From: Gracilinanus agilis
Lineage: Eukaryota
NCBI RefSeq assembly: GCF_016433145.1
Contig: NC_058130.1
Coordinates: 206,031,143 to 206,095,142, forward strand
DNA length: 64,000 bases
Direction of reading: 5' to 3'
In this document: positions 1 to 11,390 of the stretch, piece after piece
How positions within the stretch are numbered: the first letter of the stretch is position 1
How the letters are laid out: each line of letters begins with the position of its first letter
Notes under the pieces: model-generated
What the model saw: only the letters and a program-made list of their open reading frames with translations
Told to the model about the DNA's origin: nothing
The model's database searches: none
Position numbers and translations under genes: made by a program

Positions 1-1084
1 TTTCTCTCGATTTTTGTGGTTGGATATCAAACTTTCCATTTAGCCCTGGTCTTTTCTGTGCAAATACCTGGAATTCTTCAATTTTGTTGAATGCCCATAC
101 TTTCCCCTGGAAATATATAGTCAATTTTGCTGGGTAGTTGATCCGTGGTTGCAGGCCCAGCTCTCTTGCCTTTCTGAATATCGTATTCGAAGCCTTGCAA
201 TCTTTTAGCATGGAGGCTGCCAGATCCTGTGTGATCCTGATTGGTGCTCCTTGATATTTGAATTGTTTCTTTCTGGCTTCTTGTAAGATTTTTTCTTTTG
301 CTTGGAAACTCTTGAATTTTGCAGTTATATTTCTGGGTGTTTTCTTTTCTTGATCTTATGCCGCGGGTGTTCTATGAATCCTTTCAATGTCTATATTGCC
401 CTCTTGTTGTAGGACTTCAGGGCAATTTTGCTGAATTATTTCTGTTAGTATGGAGTCCAGGTTTCTATTAATTTCTGGTTTTTCTGGAAGACTAATTATT
501 CTCAAATTGTCTCTTCTAGACCGGTTTTCTTGGTCTGTCACTCTCTCATTGAGATATTTCATGTTTCCTTCTATTTTTTCAGTCTTTTGACTTTGTTTTA
601 TTTGTTCTTGTTGTCTTGAGAGATCATTAGCTTCTACTTGCTCAATTCTAGCTTTTAGGGATTGATTTTCGGCTATAATCTTTCGGTTTTCGGCTATGAT
701 CTTTTGATTTTTGGCCATAATCTTCTGGTTTTCGGCCATAATCTTCTGGTATTCCTTTTCAGTCTGGTCATTTCTGGTGTTCAATTTACTTATCAGTTCA
801 TTTGGTTTCTGAGCCTCACTTTCCAATTGCAAGATTCTACCTTTTAAACAGTTATTTTCTTGCCAGATCTCTTCCATTTTCCTCAAAATCTCAGTTTTGA
901 ACTCTTCCATAGCTTGTGAGGAGTTTTCCTTATTTGAGGAGGGTCCGGATGCTTGTTTGTTCTCCTCCTCTGTTTGCTCGGTTGTCTGGATTTTCTCTGT
1001 GTAAAAGTTGTCGAGTGTTAAAGACTTCTTTTTCTTGTTGTTAATCTTTCTCTTCTGAACTTCCTGAGACTGGGTAGCCATCAT
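1..1084 (-). pseudogene. L1 ORF1p with one in-frame stop (TAA at 356-358)
   Basis: ORF 356..1084 has the coiled coil and RRDNLRIISLPE / IERIHR motifs. The same frame continues past the stop as DQEKKTPRNITAKF...IRITQDLA...LQPRINYPAKL to the window edge. Confidence 0.93.
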
Positions 1085-1756
1085 TAGCCCAGCATCTTCT
1101 CAGGTTTATCCTTGCGCTGAGTGTCTGTCTGCGGTCTTTTGGCTCCTGAGGTCTGAGTTTTGTTTTTTTCCAAGGTTAAGCCCCCTGGTAGACCCCCTTG
1201 CTTGATCCTCTGCCGGAAGTTTCTTTACAAGTCTCAGGGCGCTGCTTCCACAGTCGTATATCCTTCTGCACTGGTTCCCCACTCAGGGTTTCAGAGCTTT
1301 AGCTCATGGCTGTGTCTGCCTCCACCCACGCCTCCACCCATGCCTGCGCTCTGAGCCCAAGCTCTGCACCCTGCTCCCGTGCTCAAATTTTGTGTGCGTT
1401 CGTTAGCTTTTTGGGGTCCTAAATCTTGCTGCTCTCAGGAATAGGCCCCGGAGCTGCCAATGACTCGATGGGTGCCCCAAACTTGCTCTATTTCTTTTTA
1501 GCTGGCTTCGGTGCTATAGGTGTTGTGTGTGGAGGGGGTGGGGGTCGGGTGGTTGCTCAGCCCGCGATTTAGTGAGAGCTATTTCACCCCTTTATAGCAT
1601 GGAAATGCCTTGATTCCACGTACCTTCCACTCTGTGCCCTGTTGTGGGGTTCCTCCGTTCGTCTGGACTTGTTTTTATGTCTCCTTGAGGAGTTTTGTGT
1701 GTTTCGGTCAAGAGAGGTTAAGAGCTGCTTCTTACTCTGCCGCCATCTTAATCCGG
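1..1756 (-). mobile_element. LINE-1 5' part (intact 5' end, 5' UTR and ORF1), runs off the left edge
   Basis: On - begins GGATTAAGATGGCGGCAG (YY1-type AAGATGGCGG at 1740-1749), then a CpG-containing 5' UTR, then ORF1p. Antisense in a RADIL intron. Confidence 0.95.
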
Positions 1757-1801
1757 AAAAAAAAAAAAAACAGTGCTTCACTCTTATTCCTCCTTTCTTA
1801 G

Positions 1802-1974
1802 GGCCTGTGCTGAGCTGCTTCCACTGGCCAAAAGGAGTGCAGGTTTGTGCTCGCTTACGGCAACTCCTGGAATGGGCACAGAGTATAGGCTTCGGGCCAC
1901 TGGCGGAGCAATTCTTCAAGAAACTTTCCTGCACAGTAAACCTATTGGCTACACCCAGTGCCCAGCTGATACAG
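1802..1974 (+). CDS. RADIL: RADIL coding exon (DIL domain), 7th from last
   Basis: ttcttag|GG...ATACAG|gtaggt; encodes GPVLSCFHWPKGVQVCARLRQLLEW...LLATPSAQLIQ, matching mammalian RADIL; 173 nt, phase 1 to 0. Confidence 0.95.
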
Positions 1975-2084
1975 GTAGGTATAGATCATGATGTAAGCAA
2001 CTGGAGACAGTCATAAAAGTCAAATTGCCTGAAATGACATAACCATCTAGAGGGTCATTTGGTTGTGGTTCTAAAAGGACTGAT

Positions 2085-2591
2085 TTTTAAAAAAAATTAT
2101 TTATTTTATTAATTTAGGATATTTTCTCAGGGTTACATGATTCATGTTCTTTCCCTCCCCTTCTTCTTCCCTACTCTCATAACAAAACGAGCAATTCCAC
2201 TGGGTTTTACGTTTGTCACTGATCAAGATCTATTTTCATATTATTAATATTTGCAATAGAGTGATCATTTAGAGTTTATATCCCCAATCATATCCCCAAC
2301 GACCCATGTGATCAAGCAAATGTTTTTCTTCTGTGTTTCTGCTCCCACAGTTCTTTCTCGGGATGTGGATAGCGTTCTTTCTCATAAATCCCTGTGAGTT
2401 GTCCTGGGTCATTGCATTGCTGCTAGTACAGAAGTCCATTACATTTGATTTTACCACAGTGTATCAGTCTCTATGTCCAATTTTCTCCTGATTCTGCTCC
2501 TTTCACTCTGCATCACTTCCTGGAGGTCTTTCCAGTTCACATGGAATTCCTCCAGTTCTTTATTCCTTTTAGCACAAATAGTATTCCATCA
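2085..2591 (-). mobile_element. L1 3' end (3' UTR and ORF2 C-terminus), left half of an L1 interrupted by an ERV
   Basis: T/A-rich tail at about 2085, then marsupial L1 3' sequence ending AATAGTATTCCATCA. It resumes at 6825. Confidence 0.9.
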
Positions 2592-2955
2592 TGTAATAAT
2601 TAAAAATAATATATACTGACAGTAAAAGGAGAAGTAATATTTGAATTAGGGCCATGTTGGTAAAATAAAGAAATGGCCATGCAAAATCTATTACAAATCC
2701 CTCGCCATTAGTCATTACCCTCTCTCACCTCTCCTACGTAACAAAGAAAAAGTCTCAAGCCCGACTTCCCAATTTAAGCTATGCTTTACCTTGGTACATG
2801 TCATCATGTCAAAACCAGAAACCCATTTAATCATGGAAAATGTAGTTTCCAAGTCCCTTAAACGTCCATAGGAAGTTTGTCATATATATAAGTATTTTAA
2901 AACTCAAATGAGACCCAAATACCTCTCAATGGAACCTCCAAAATTCCAAATGACA
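2592..2955 (-). repeat. 3' LTR (364 bp)
   Basis: About 25 differences from 6462-6824 by eye (about 93% identity); preceded on - by the polypurine tract AGGGGGGAAA. Confidence 0.92.
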
Positions 2956-5900
2956 CATTTCCCCCCTGAGATCAGGTGAAAAAGACGGGTCTTTTTTAGT
3001 GGATCTTATAAACATAGTCAACTTCTAAATTACAGGAATTTGGGGATAAAAGAAAAGAGGATTAAAAAAAAAACTAGCTGCATTGACAAAAAACCAATTT
3101 GGGGCAGTCCTCTATTGGCATAAGAGTGTACATTTAAAACAAATGCATTCAATTCATTCAACTCTCCATAGTTCAATCAACTGCACCCCAAAGTTCAATT
3201 TGGATCTTCATGATCCAGTGAAGGCTCTTTAGGCATCTTCATAGTGTCTTCACCAAATGGGTTCGTTGTCTGGATTCTGGGGAGATGGCAAATTTCTTAT
3301 CCTGAAATTGCTCTCAAAAGAATTTAAACTTTACATTATAGATTACAAAACATACATTTCCTTCTAAGAATTATACATTACCCCCCCTGAAATTACTCCT
3401 AAAAGAGTTAATTTTTATTACATTATAGATTATAATACAGACATTATGATTATAAAACTTGCACCCCCCGCCCCCGAGGAAAATTCCAAAAACAAATTTC
3501 TCCCCTAAAAAGGGTACCTCAGGTCAGCTAAGGATACATGGCTGAGTCACAGGGTTGTACGAAAGTCAATTGGCAAAAGAAATTAAAAAAAATAAATAAA
3601 ATTTAATTAAAAAGAGAAAAAAATTAACTTGTGAATGAAATGTAAAATCTCAAAATCTATGTGCAAAAATGTAAGGAAAAAATAAACTTACAACAGGTCC
3701 TTGCATCAAGGCCCAATTAAAGTGATTTAAGCAGTTTGCAATTACCCATTCAGGGGCCAGGACTACAGAAAATTGCCATTCTATATATATGAGAAATAAC
3801 AGGACTAAATATGTGCGCAAGGGAAATGTCTTTCCCTGGTCTGATTTGCCTGCACCCTCTCAGGGAATGAGCCATAATGTTAGCCAATCTTAGGTGCTTT
3901 ACTAGGAATTTAAGTTAAGAGGAAGTCTGGTCTCTAAAGTGTTAGAAAAGGTGCAACTCCAAAACTCAAACACCAGCTTAAAGCCCTTCATTATTGGCAT
4001 CCTCAATCCATGGTCTGCCTGGCCTTTTGCTCCTAGGCACTTTGCAGATTCTCAGTCAGTCTCTATGACCTTGTGGCTCTTTTTACACTTCTCCTGGAAT
4101 CAGACAGAGACATTAAATCACAGTCCCATAATATTTATCAATAATTGGCAGGTTACTATAGTCTAAGGCTTTTCAGGCATGCATTAATATTATAGCAAAT
4201 ATATTTGCATTAAGCTTATATCACTGTAAAATCAAAAAAGATTAACATTGATTAGATGTACTTTCAATACAAAATGAGAAAAAAAAGAAAAAATCAATTG
4301 TTCTAATTAAAAATTTAAAAGGAAAAGCAATAAGAAAATTTAAAATTCAATTTAAAAATACAATGCTCTCAAGGATAAAAAATGAGAGAAAAGAACACAT
4401 ATTGCATTGCACATGCAAGGAAGAAAAATAAAAGAATGTTTTAAAACTCAAAAAAACATATAGCTTAGAATTAGTGAAAGGTTTTTCACCCAAAAATGCG
4501 ATCCATTTCCTGTTAAGCTTTTGCATGAATTGTGAGTATAAATGGGTTTTCATAAAATAGCAGATTCATAATGCACATTCAAATAATGTACCATAATTCC
4601 AGTAACACATTTTAAAGTAACAGTAACAACCCATTATCATAATCACTTGCTATGATGTTTTAAAAAAATCGTATACTTGTCACAGATTCAACAGGTGTAG
4701 TAAACCTTGGCTAAGATATTTTCTCAACAAACTCTATTACTGCCTCCATAGCAATTGTGGGGCAGAGTCTAAAAAAAATCTGATTAAAAAAAAAAACCTT
4801 CTGAATCTAAATTATCCTCAGGAATTCTAGATCCTTCTGATGGAAAAAAAAACCAAGCTAAAACATAGAGACTAACATCAAGCATACAGGAGCTCTCCTG
4901 GCTTCCTGTTTAAAAAAAATAAGACAACAATTTTTCACAATAAAATATATAACACCTTATTCTTTAAGACAAATATATAAAACCTTATCATTTATACAGA
5001 AGGATACTAGGCATCTAAAATCAAATTAAAGAACTCTTACAAAATTATAATTTAAATTCTCAAGGCATCAAAATCTCCAAGGTTGTACACAATTATCAAG
5101 ATAGAATAAAAACTTAAGACATGTGCTCCTATAGTTGAGATGGCAAATCCAGTGGCTTATGGGCTACTTACAACTTAAAAATGTGTAAGATGTTCATAAA
5201 TGGTACAGATAACAGAATTGTATTAATACAGGTAAACTTAAAAATGAAACCTTTAAGAAATCAGGAAATACAATATGAGGAACAGATTACAAGCTATACA
5301 GTCAAAAAACCTTTTTACTAGTTCTAATAGATTTGTTCACTATTTGGGGAGTTACAATAAAATCATAAACAGAATCAATCTAATGATTCAGTACAACAGA
5401 AAAATCAACAAAAGAACAAAATTAATTCACAAAACTAATCAGCAAAATACAGTAAGATACAGAGACTTTTTAACCAGAAATAAAACCCATTCAGGTCTGA
5501 GGTTTTAAAATCCACCTCTGGTCCAATTCAAGGTCCTTCTAAACAAGCTCTGCTCTAAGCAGAAGGGATATATAGTTCAGGTCTTGAGCAGTCTTAGAGA
5601 GTGTATGCGGTGAATTTCTCCCCTGAGTTTCAGGCAAGATAATAGCAAGAAATAGTTTGAAATAGGCCATGTGGCCCTTGCTTGCCATTTTACTTCCTGT
5701 TTGAAGAATAAATGCTAGCCGGGCTAGAGAAAAGCTTAGGTCAGGAGATCCTATGTGGAGGGCATATGGGGTGGGGTGCCTAGGTCAGGCTTTAAAAGAA
5801 CCACATGGAGGGCAATAGTGGAGTAAAAGCTTCTTTCAGGTTAAAAGTCATTAATGTCTATGAGAAGGGGGTGTATACTTCCCAAATCTTAAAGAGGCAG

Positions 5901-6439
5901 CAGAAGCAGTCTCTGTGTGGTGGCTGGGACAGGAATCAAACTTCGGGGCAGGAAATCTCAGGAGTCAGCAGGCAAGATCAGCAGCAGCAGAAGTGCGGCT
6001 GGGGTTCGGGGAAAGGAAACAGTAGGGATTGAAGGAACGTTAGAGGCAGGAGCAGGGAAAGCAACATTTAAATGGTATAATAGGTCAGCGTCGGCAGGAG
6101 CAATTAACAAAAGTTAAGACCAGGCACTGGACAGCAGAAAAAAAAAACTAAACTAGACCCAGGGCTCGGGACCCCAGGGACTCCAGGGAGGGTCCGGCTG
6201 GAGTGACTCCAATTGGCTGAAGCAGCTTCCAAGATAATCGGCAGGCAAAGCCAATCTGCTATCAGCAAAAACACGACGTTTAAAGCCATTTTCCCCTTTC
6301 CCTGAAAAACAGCCACGTGGCTGGGGAGAACAGGGAGAAGAGAAAAAGAGGAACCAAAAACTCCCACATGGCAAGAGCAGGTCCATACCTCTGGAGAGGA
6401 TTTTAAATGCTCTCAGGCTATCTGAAAAATTGAGTTACA

Positions 6440-6457
6440 TTCCTTTCGTGGTTGCCA
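6440..6457 (-). promoter_or_regulatory. Primer binding site complementary to the tRNA-Arg(UCG) 3' end
   Basis: Reads TGGCAACCACGAAAGGAA on -, 4 nt after the LTR CA. 16/18 match to TGGCAACCACGAAGGGAT (mammalian tRNA-Arg-TCG 3' end recalled from memory). Confidence 0.85.
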
Positions 6458-6461
6458 TAAC

Positions 6462-6824
6462 TGTAATACTTAAAAATAATATAGACTGAGAGTAAAAGGA
6501 GAAGTAATATTTGAATTAGGGCCATGTTGGTAAAATAAAGAAATGGCCACGCAAAATCTATTTCAAATCCCCTGCCATTAGTCATTACCCACTCTTACCT
6601 CTCCTATGTAACAAAGAGAAAGTCTCAAGCCCGACTTCCCAATTTAAGCTATGCTTTACCTTGGTACACGTCATCATGTCAAAACCGGAAACCCTTTGAA
6701 TCAGGAAAATATAGTTTCCAAGTCCCCTAAATGTCCACAGGAAGTTTGTCATATATATAAGTATTTTAAAACTCAAATGAACCCCAGATACCTCTCAATG
6801 GAACCCCCAAAATTCCAAATAACA
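6462..6824 (-). repeat. 5' LTR (363 bp)
   Basis: Direct repeat of 2592-2955, followed on - by the PBS. Confidence 0.92.
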
Positions 6825-7520
6825 AATCACCAGCAGATGCCACAATTTGTGTAGCCATTCCCTAATCGAAAGGCTTCCCCCCTCATTTTCCAATTTTTTG
6901 CCACCACAAAAGCGTGGCTATAAATATTTTTGTATAATTACTTTTCCATATTATTTCTTTGGGATATAAACCCAGCCAGTGGTATGACTGGATCAAAGGG
7001 CAGTTTTTTAAAGCCCTTTGGACATAGTTCCAAATTGCCTTCCAGAATGTTTGGATCAATTCACAACTCCACCAGTAATGTATTAGTGTCCCAATTTTGC
7101 CACATCCCCTCAACTGAAAGGTGTGAGGTAGTACCTCAGAGTTGTTTTGATTTGCACTTCTCTAATTATAAGAGTTTTAGAACACTTTTCCATGTGCTTA
7201 ATGATAGTTTTGATTTCTTTATCTGAAAACTGCCTATTTATATAAGTCCCTTGCCCATTTATCAGTTGGGGAATGGCTTGATTTTTTTTTCAATTGATTT
7301 ATTTCCTTAAATATATTTGAGAAATGAGATCTTTGTCAGAGGTTTTTGTTATAAAGATTTTCCCCCCAATTTGTTGCTTCCCTTCTAATTTTGGTTGCAT
7401 TGGTTTTGTTTTACAAAAAATCTTTAATTTAATACAATCAAAATTATTCATTTTATATTTTGTAATATTCTCTATTTCTTGCTTGGTCTTAAATTCTTTC
7501 CTTTCCCATAGATCTAATAG
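6825..7520 (-). mobile_element. L1 ORF2 fragment, right half of the interrupted L1
   Basis: Continues the L1 sequence across the ERV (...TATTCC ATCA CCAGCAGATGCCACAATTTG); ORF 6883..7113 shows L1 ORF2 C-terminal motifs (GKIGTLIHYWW, LGLYPKEI). Confidence 0.9.
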
Positions 7521-8193
7521 GTATAGTTGTCTTTTTTTTAAGGTGATTAGATTCACATGCCCAAAAGGACATCAAGACCTAAAATAGCTTTATAAGAAGT
7601 TTACAGTCAACAGAAATTTTTTCACTTTACTTTCAAGGGTATATGATTATAAACTATGTCTTCCTCCATTCAGTAATAAAATGTTAACATTCTCTGGGGA
7701 GGTAGGAAAGATGATTTTCCAAATCATATAGGTTATGGCAATTTTTCTAGCTAATCACTAAATGGAAAATTTCTCCAAAGAAATGGCTTGACTTAACTAC
7801 AGAAAGAACCACACAGAAAGCAGAATGCATGAAACAGGCGTTTTCTATTTGTCCAGCATATGACATTGTCTTAAACAAATGTGCATGTGTGTGTTTAATT
7901 CTACTTTGAATTCTCCCCTTCCTCCTTTCACCCTCTCTAGCACACAGGTGCATTGACCAGGGTGGTACTTTGAGAAAAAGTCAAGTCTTCCATGTGGGTA
8001 TTATGGCCACATTAGAGTCATCTGATCTCCCCTGAGAACTAACATTGTGGCTGCCCCCCCACACCCATACCCTGCATATAAAGATCATGAGGTAACAAAT
8101 GTAAATGTTGGTGTACCCCTTGTTGGTCTAACTCCCTGCTTCCCTCATCCCATTTTGAGGCCTTGACTCCCAGAGCTTCCTTTTATCACTCAG

Positions 8194-8344
8194 ATGACCT
8201 GGTCATCCCTGAGGACTCAGTTTCCAGAACTAAGCCCTGCTCAACTGCATCGGTTGTTGACGCAGTACCAGCTAGCATCTGACATTGGTTCTGTGACTGC
8301 CTGGGAGCCTCTAGATGAAGACAAACCCAAAGCCTTCAGGACAG
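8194..8344 (+). CDS. RADIL: RADIL coding exon (DIL domain end)
   Basis: atcactcag|ATG...ACAG|gtgagc; MTWSSLRTQFPELSPAQLHRLLTQYQLA...; 151 nt, phase 0 to 1. Confidence 0.96.
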
Positions 8345-8407
8345 GTGAGCTCCTATCCATATCCATTTTTGACAGCAAATGGGAAAGCATCTATATGAAC
8401 TCATAGA

Positions 8408-8545
8408 TCTAGAGCTGCAAGGGAACTTAGAAATCCTTTAGTTCAATCCTCTCGTTTTACAAATGTGGAAAAAAGGCCTGAGGTAAGTGACTTGCCCAAG
8501 CTCACATAGGTGGTAAGTGGCAGAACCACAATGCTAACTAAGGTC
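8408..8545 (-). mobile_element. MIR-family SINE fragment
   Basis: Core motif aagtgacttgcccaagctcacatag with cattttaca-like flank. Confidence 0.7.
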
Positions 8546-9226
8546 CTGTGACTCTGTTCAGAATTTGTAGGGCTACATTATGCTTCTTCCACATTATTAA
8601 GGGGCAGCCCTGTGATGCCAGAATGTTAAGAGGCCTAGGTTTTGATGAGTTTAAACAAGGATCATTTGAATCAGAATCAGATTCACTGAACTTTATTTTG
8701 ATTTCCCCCCCTCTAAAACAGTGTAACTTCCCTTGCCTCTGGCAGGGGAGGAAAATACCAAGGATTCATTAACTCCTCCTTTAAATTAAATTAAGCTTCC
8801 TTAAAGCATGGAGAAGTTGATTACAATTATTTGGCCATCTCTTTGTTGCGTTTGCCCACAAAAGCTATGCCAGAAGTATAACTTTGGTAGGTTATGACAT
8901 GACAAAAGGGTGTAGAGAGTTTCACCCCAAGTAATATGACCACTAGTAGATGAATTCTTTGGCCATGGTAAACCATAAAGAAAAACAAATAAAAAGTACT
9001 TCTCAGAGATATACAGCTTCCTTGGGCATATGCAGCAATGGGTGATCAAATGAAGTGATTCAGAGGACACCAGACAATAATGCAGTGTGTGGACAGAGTG
9101 ACTGGACAAATCTGAAACAACCTTCATCAAGACCTCCACCATCATCAGGAAAAGACAGAATCAGAAGGAGGGACCCAGCCTGTGTCAAGAATATAATTTG
9201 GACTTTTGCTATTTATCTTTTTACAG

Positions 9227-9414
9227 AGGATGTCCTGGAGTCTTATGATAACCATCCACCTATCGTTTTGCCAAGTGGAGGGTTCAAGGTAGACTTGGAA
9301 GTGGAATGCCTGGATGATAATATTTACCGGCACCTTCTTTATATTCGCCACTTCCTGTGGAGCCTGCAAAGCAAATCCTCCCATGCTAAAGGCCCTGAAC
9401 CTGAAAATCTAAAG
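9227..9414 (+). CDS. RADIL: RADIL coding exon
   Basis: ttttacag|AG...CTAAAG|gtaacc; EDVLESYDNHPPIVLPSGGFKVDLEVECLDDNIYRHLLYIRHFLW; 188 nt, phase 1 to 0. Confidence 0.96.
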
Positions 9415-9849
9415 GTAACCTTGGTAGATCCTCCTTAAGAAGGGCTGTCAGTTTTCTTGCCTTTGGTAAGAACATCCATGTGGCAGTAGGTTCTGAGAAT
9501 TTTCTTACTTGGCTCCAATCCTTCCCTGCTGAGCCCTTACCTCCTTGGATATGGCAGGGGCTAGTTATGGTACTTCTGGGAACCCCTTCTCACCCCAGGA
9601 TGCTGGGGCCCATTAGGCCTTGAGATTATAAGGTAGAGTTCCTTTCAATGAAATATAAAAATGGGTGGGAGAAACAGAAGAGCAATTCAGAAGGTTCACT
9701 TTGCAGGCTTTTTTTTCCTCCAAGATGATAATGAAGTTTCCATAGATTCTGTGCTTGTTAACTTTCATAGTGTTTGCAGAAATCTGAAGGCTCTCATATT
9801 GCACAATTCAGAACTTTTTCCCTAAACTCTTTTGTTTCTTTTCCTCGCC

Positions 9850-10350
9850 TCTACCCCACATTAGAGAAGGCTACCATTTGACAAAGGGGGTGTTTTGTGT
9901 ATGTATGTGTCTGTGTATATAAAATTATACTATGCGTAGTTCTATTTATCAGTTTTTTCTCCAAAGGTGGATATTCACAGTTAATCTTCAAACAATATTG
10001 CTGTTGCTGTATACCACATTCTCTTGGTTTTACTCATTTTGTTCATTATTTTATGCAAGTCTAAGTTTTTTCTAAAATCAATCTGTTCATCGTTTCACAG
10101 GCACATACCACAACTTGTTTAGCCATTCCCCAATCGATTGGCCTCCCCTCAAATTCCAGTTCTTTGCCACTACAAAGAGGGCTAGTATAAATATTTTAGA
10201 ATATATTGGTTCTTTTCCTTTTTCCCTAATCACTCTGGGAAACAGACCCAATAGTGGTATTGCTGGAAAAAAGGGTATACACAGCTTTATAACTCTGGGC
10301 ATAATTCTAAATGGCCTTCCAAAATGGTTAGATCAATTCACAGTTCTACC
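9850..10350 (-). mobile_element. Older L1 3' fragment
   Basis: ORF 10087..10302 has L1 ORF2 C-terminal motifs (PAIPLLGLFP, ALFVVAKNW, GEWLNKLWY). Confidence 0.85.
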
Positions 10351-10981
10351 AAGTGTTCCCTCTTTCATCTGTGTCCACTGGGAATAAGGAAGACTTGATC
10401 CATTTGTCTCCTAGAAAAGAGGTTCCACTGGGTTTGACAATCTTTATTATGTCCAAGCTAAACTTCATGCCAAATAGATTAATCATTGCTAATTTGCTTC
10501 TTTGGGTTTTATGGAGTTCTTTGGTGCTGAAGTGGAAAGCACTATTATCAGAAAGTCAGGAAAGAACTGGTTTCTCATTTAGACTCTAGCTCTGTGAATT
10601 TGGATGAAATACTTGACTTTCTTGGCCCGAGTTTGGTAAAATAAAAGAATTGGACAAGAGAATCTCTAATGACACTAGCCACTCCAAAACTGAGATTCAG
10701 AAAATCTGTGAGTCCTGATGTTTTCAGTATCTCCTAGCTATGTTGGACAATATCTGTGCCAGTTTGGGCACTATTTGAGGGCAGTCTTGGTAGTCTGGCC
10801 ATCTCATTATGCGCTTAGAAGGGTGAGGTGGCTATGACATTATCTGTGGTCTAATTTTACTTTATCCTCTTTTTTTTCAACCTTGCTTTCACATCCTTTA
10901 TTGTTTTAAACTTCCTGACATTTTTATTCTTTTTATCCCAGATCTATGGTAAAACTGACCTACTCCTTTTCTCTTCCTCAG

Positions 10982-11390
10982 GGTTTGCATCACACGATTC
11001 CTGAAGGAAATCCAGAAAGTCGGAGTAGTCTAGTTATTTCCAGGGAGGCTGGGGACCAACTGGATTCAAAGCATTCAGTGAGCTCACTAGGCAAGACAGT
11101 TGGAGAAACAGCCAAAACCCTATCTGTCCCTGCCAGTGGGATTTCCCGAACTCCATCCCCTGGTCGAACCCCTCTCCTGGAGAAGCTAAAGCCACAGAAC
11201 AGCATGGGCAGGAACGGCCCTAAGATGAACACATCACAAGGGGATACCTCCTGTCTGCTGACTCCTCCCAACACACCCCTCAACTTCGAACCTAGAAGTC
11301 AGGATTCTCCCCAGCCCAGTGGCAGCTGTGACAAACCCTCCCAGGAGCCGAAGAAGAATGGGCTTAGTGCTCAGAGCACTGCCCAGGAAG
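10982..11390 (+). CDS. RADIL: RADIL coding exon (Pro/Ser-rich linker)
   Basis: ctcttcctcag|GGT...GAAG|gtgtgg; GLHH...DTSCLLTPPNTPL matches RADIL DSSCLLTPPSTPL; 409 nt, phase 0 to 1. Confidence 0.92.

Larger units (their letters stand above)
2592..6824 (-). mobile_element. Non-autonomous ERV1-like provirus with two LTRs, PBS-Arg and PPT
   Basis: TG...CA direct repeats at 2592-2955 and 6462-6824; PBS at 6440-6457; PPT at 2958-2967; flanks CATCA/AATCA. No intact gag, pol or env in the 3.5 kb interior. Confidence 0.92.

Noticed and set aside
5805-6386. ORFs 5805..6032, 5917..6117, 6104..6367 and 6153..6386 inside the provirus as gag or accessory genes
   Set aside because: Short, on both strands, no matrix, capsid, zinc-knuckle or protease motif recognised; they lie in the GC-richer leader where chance ORFs are expected.
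2592-6824. Long direct repeats, and the 45 bp duplication at 45377-45465, as a CRISPR-like or novel repeat-spacer system
   Set aside because: Only two copies each. The first pair has TG...CA ends, PBS, PPT and a TSD, so they are LTRs; there is no repeat-spacer periodicity anywhere.
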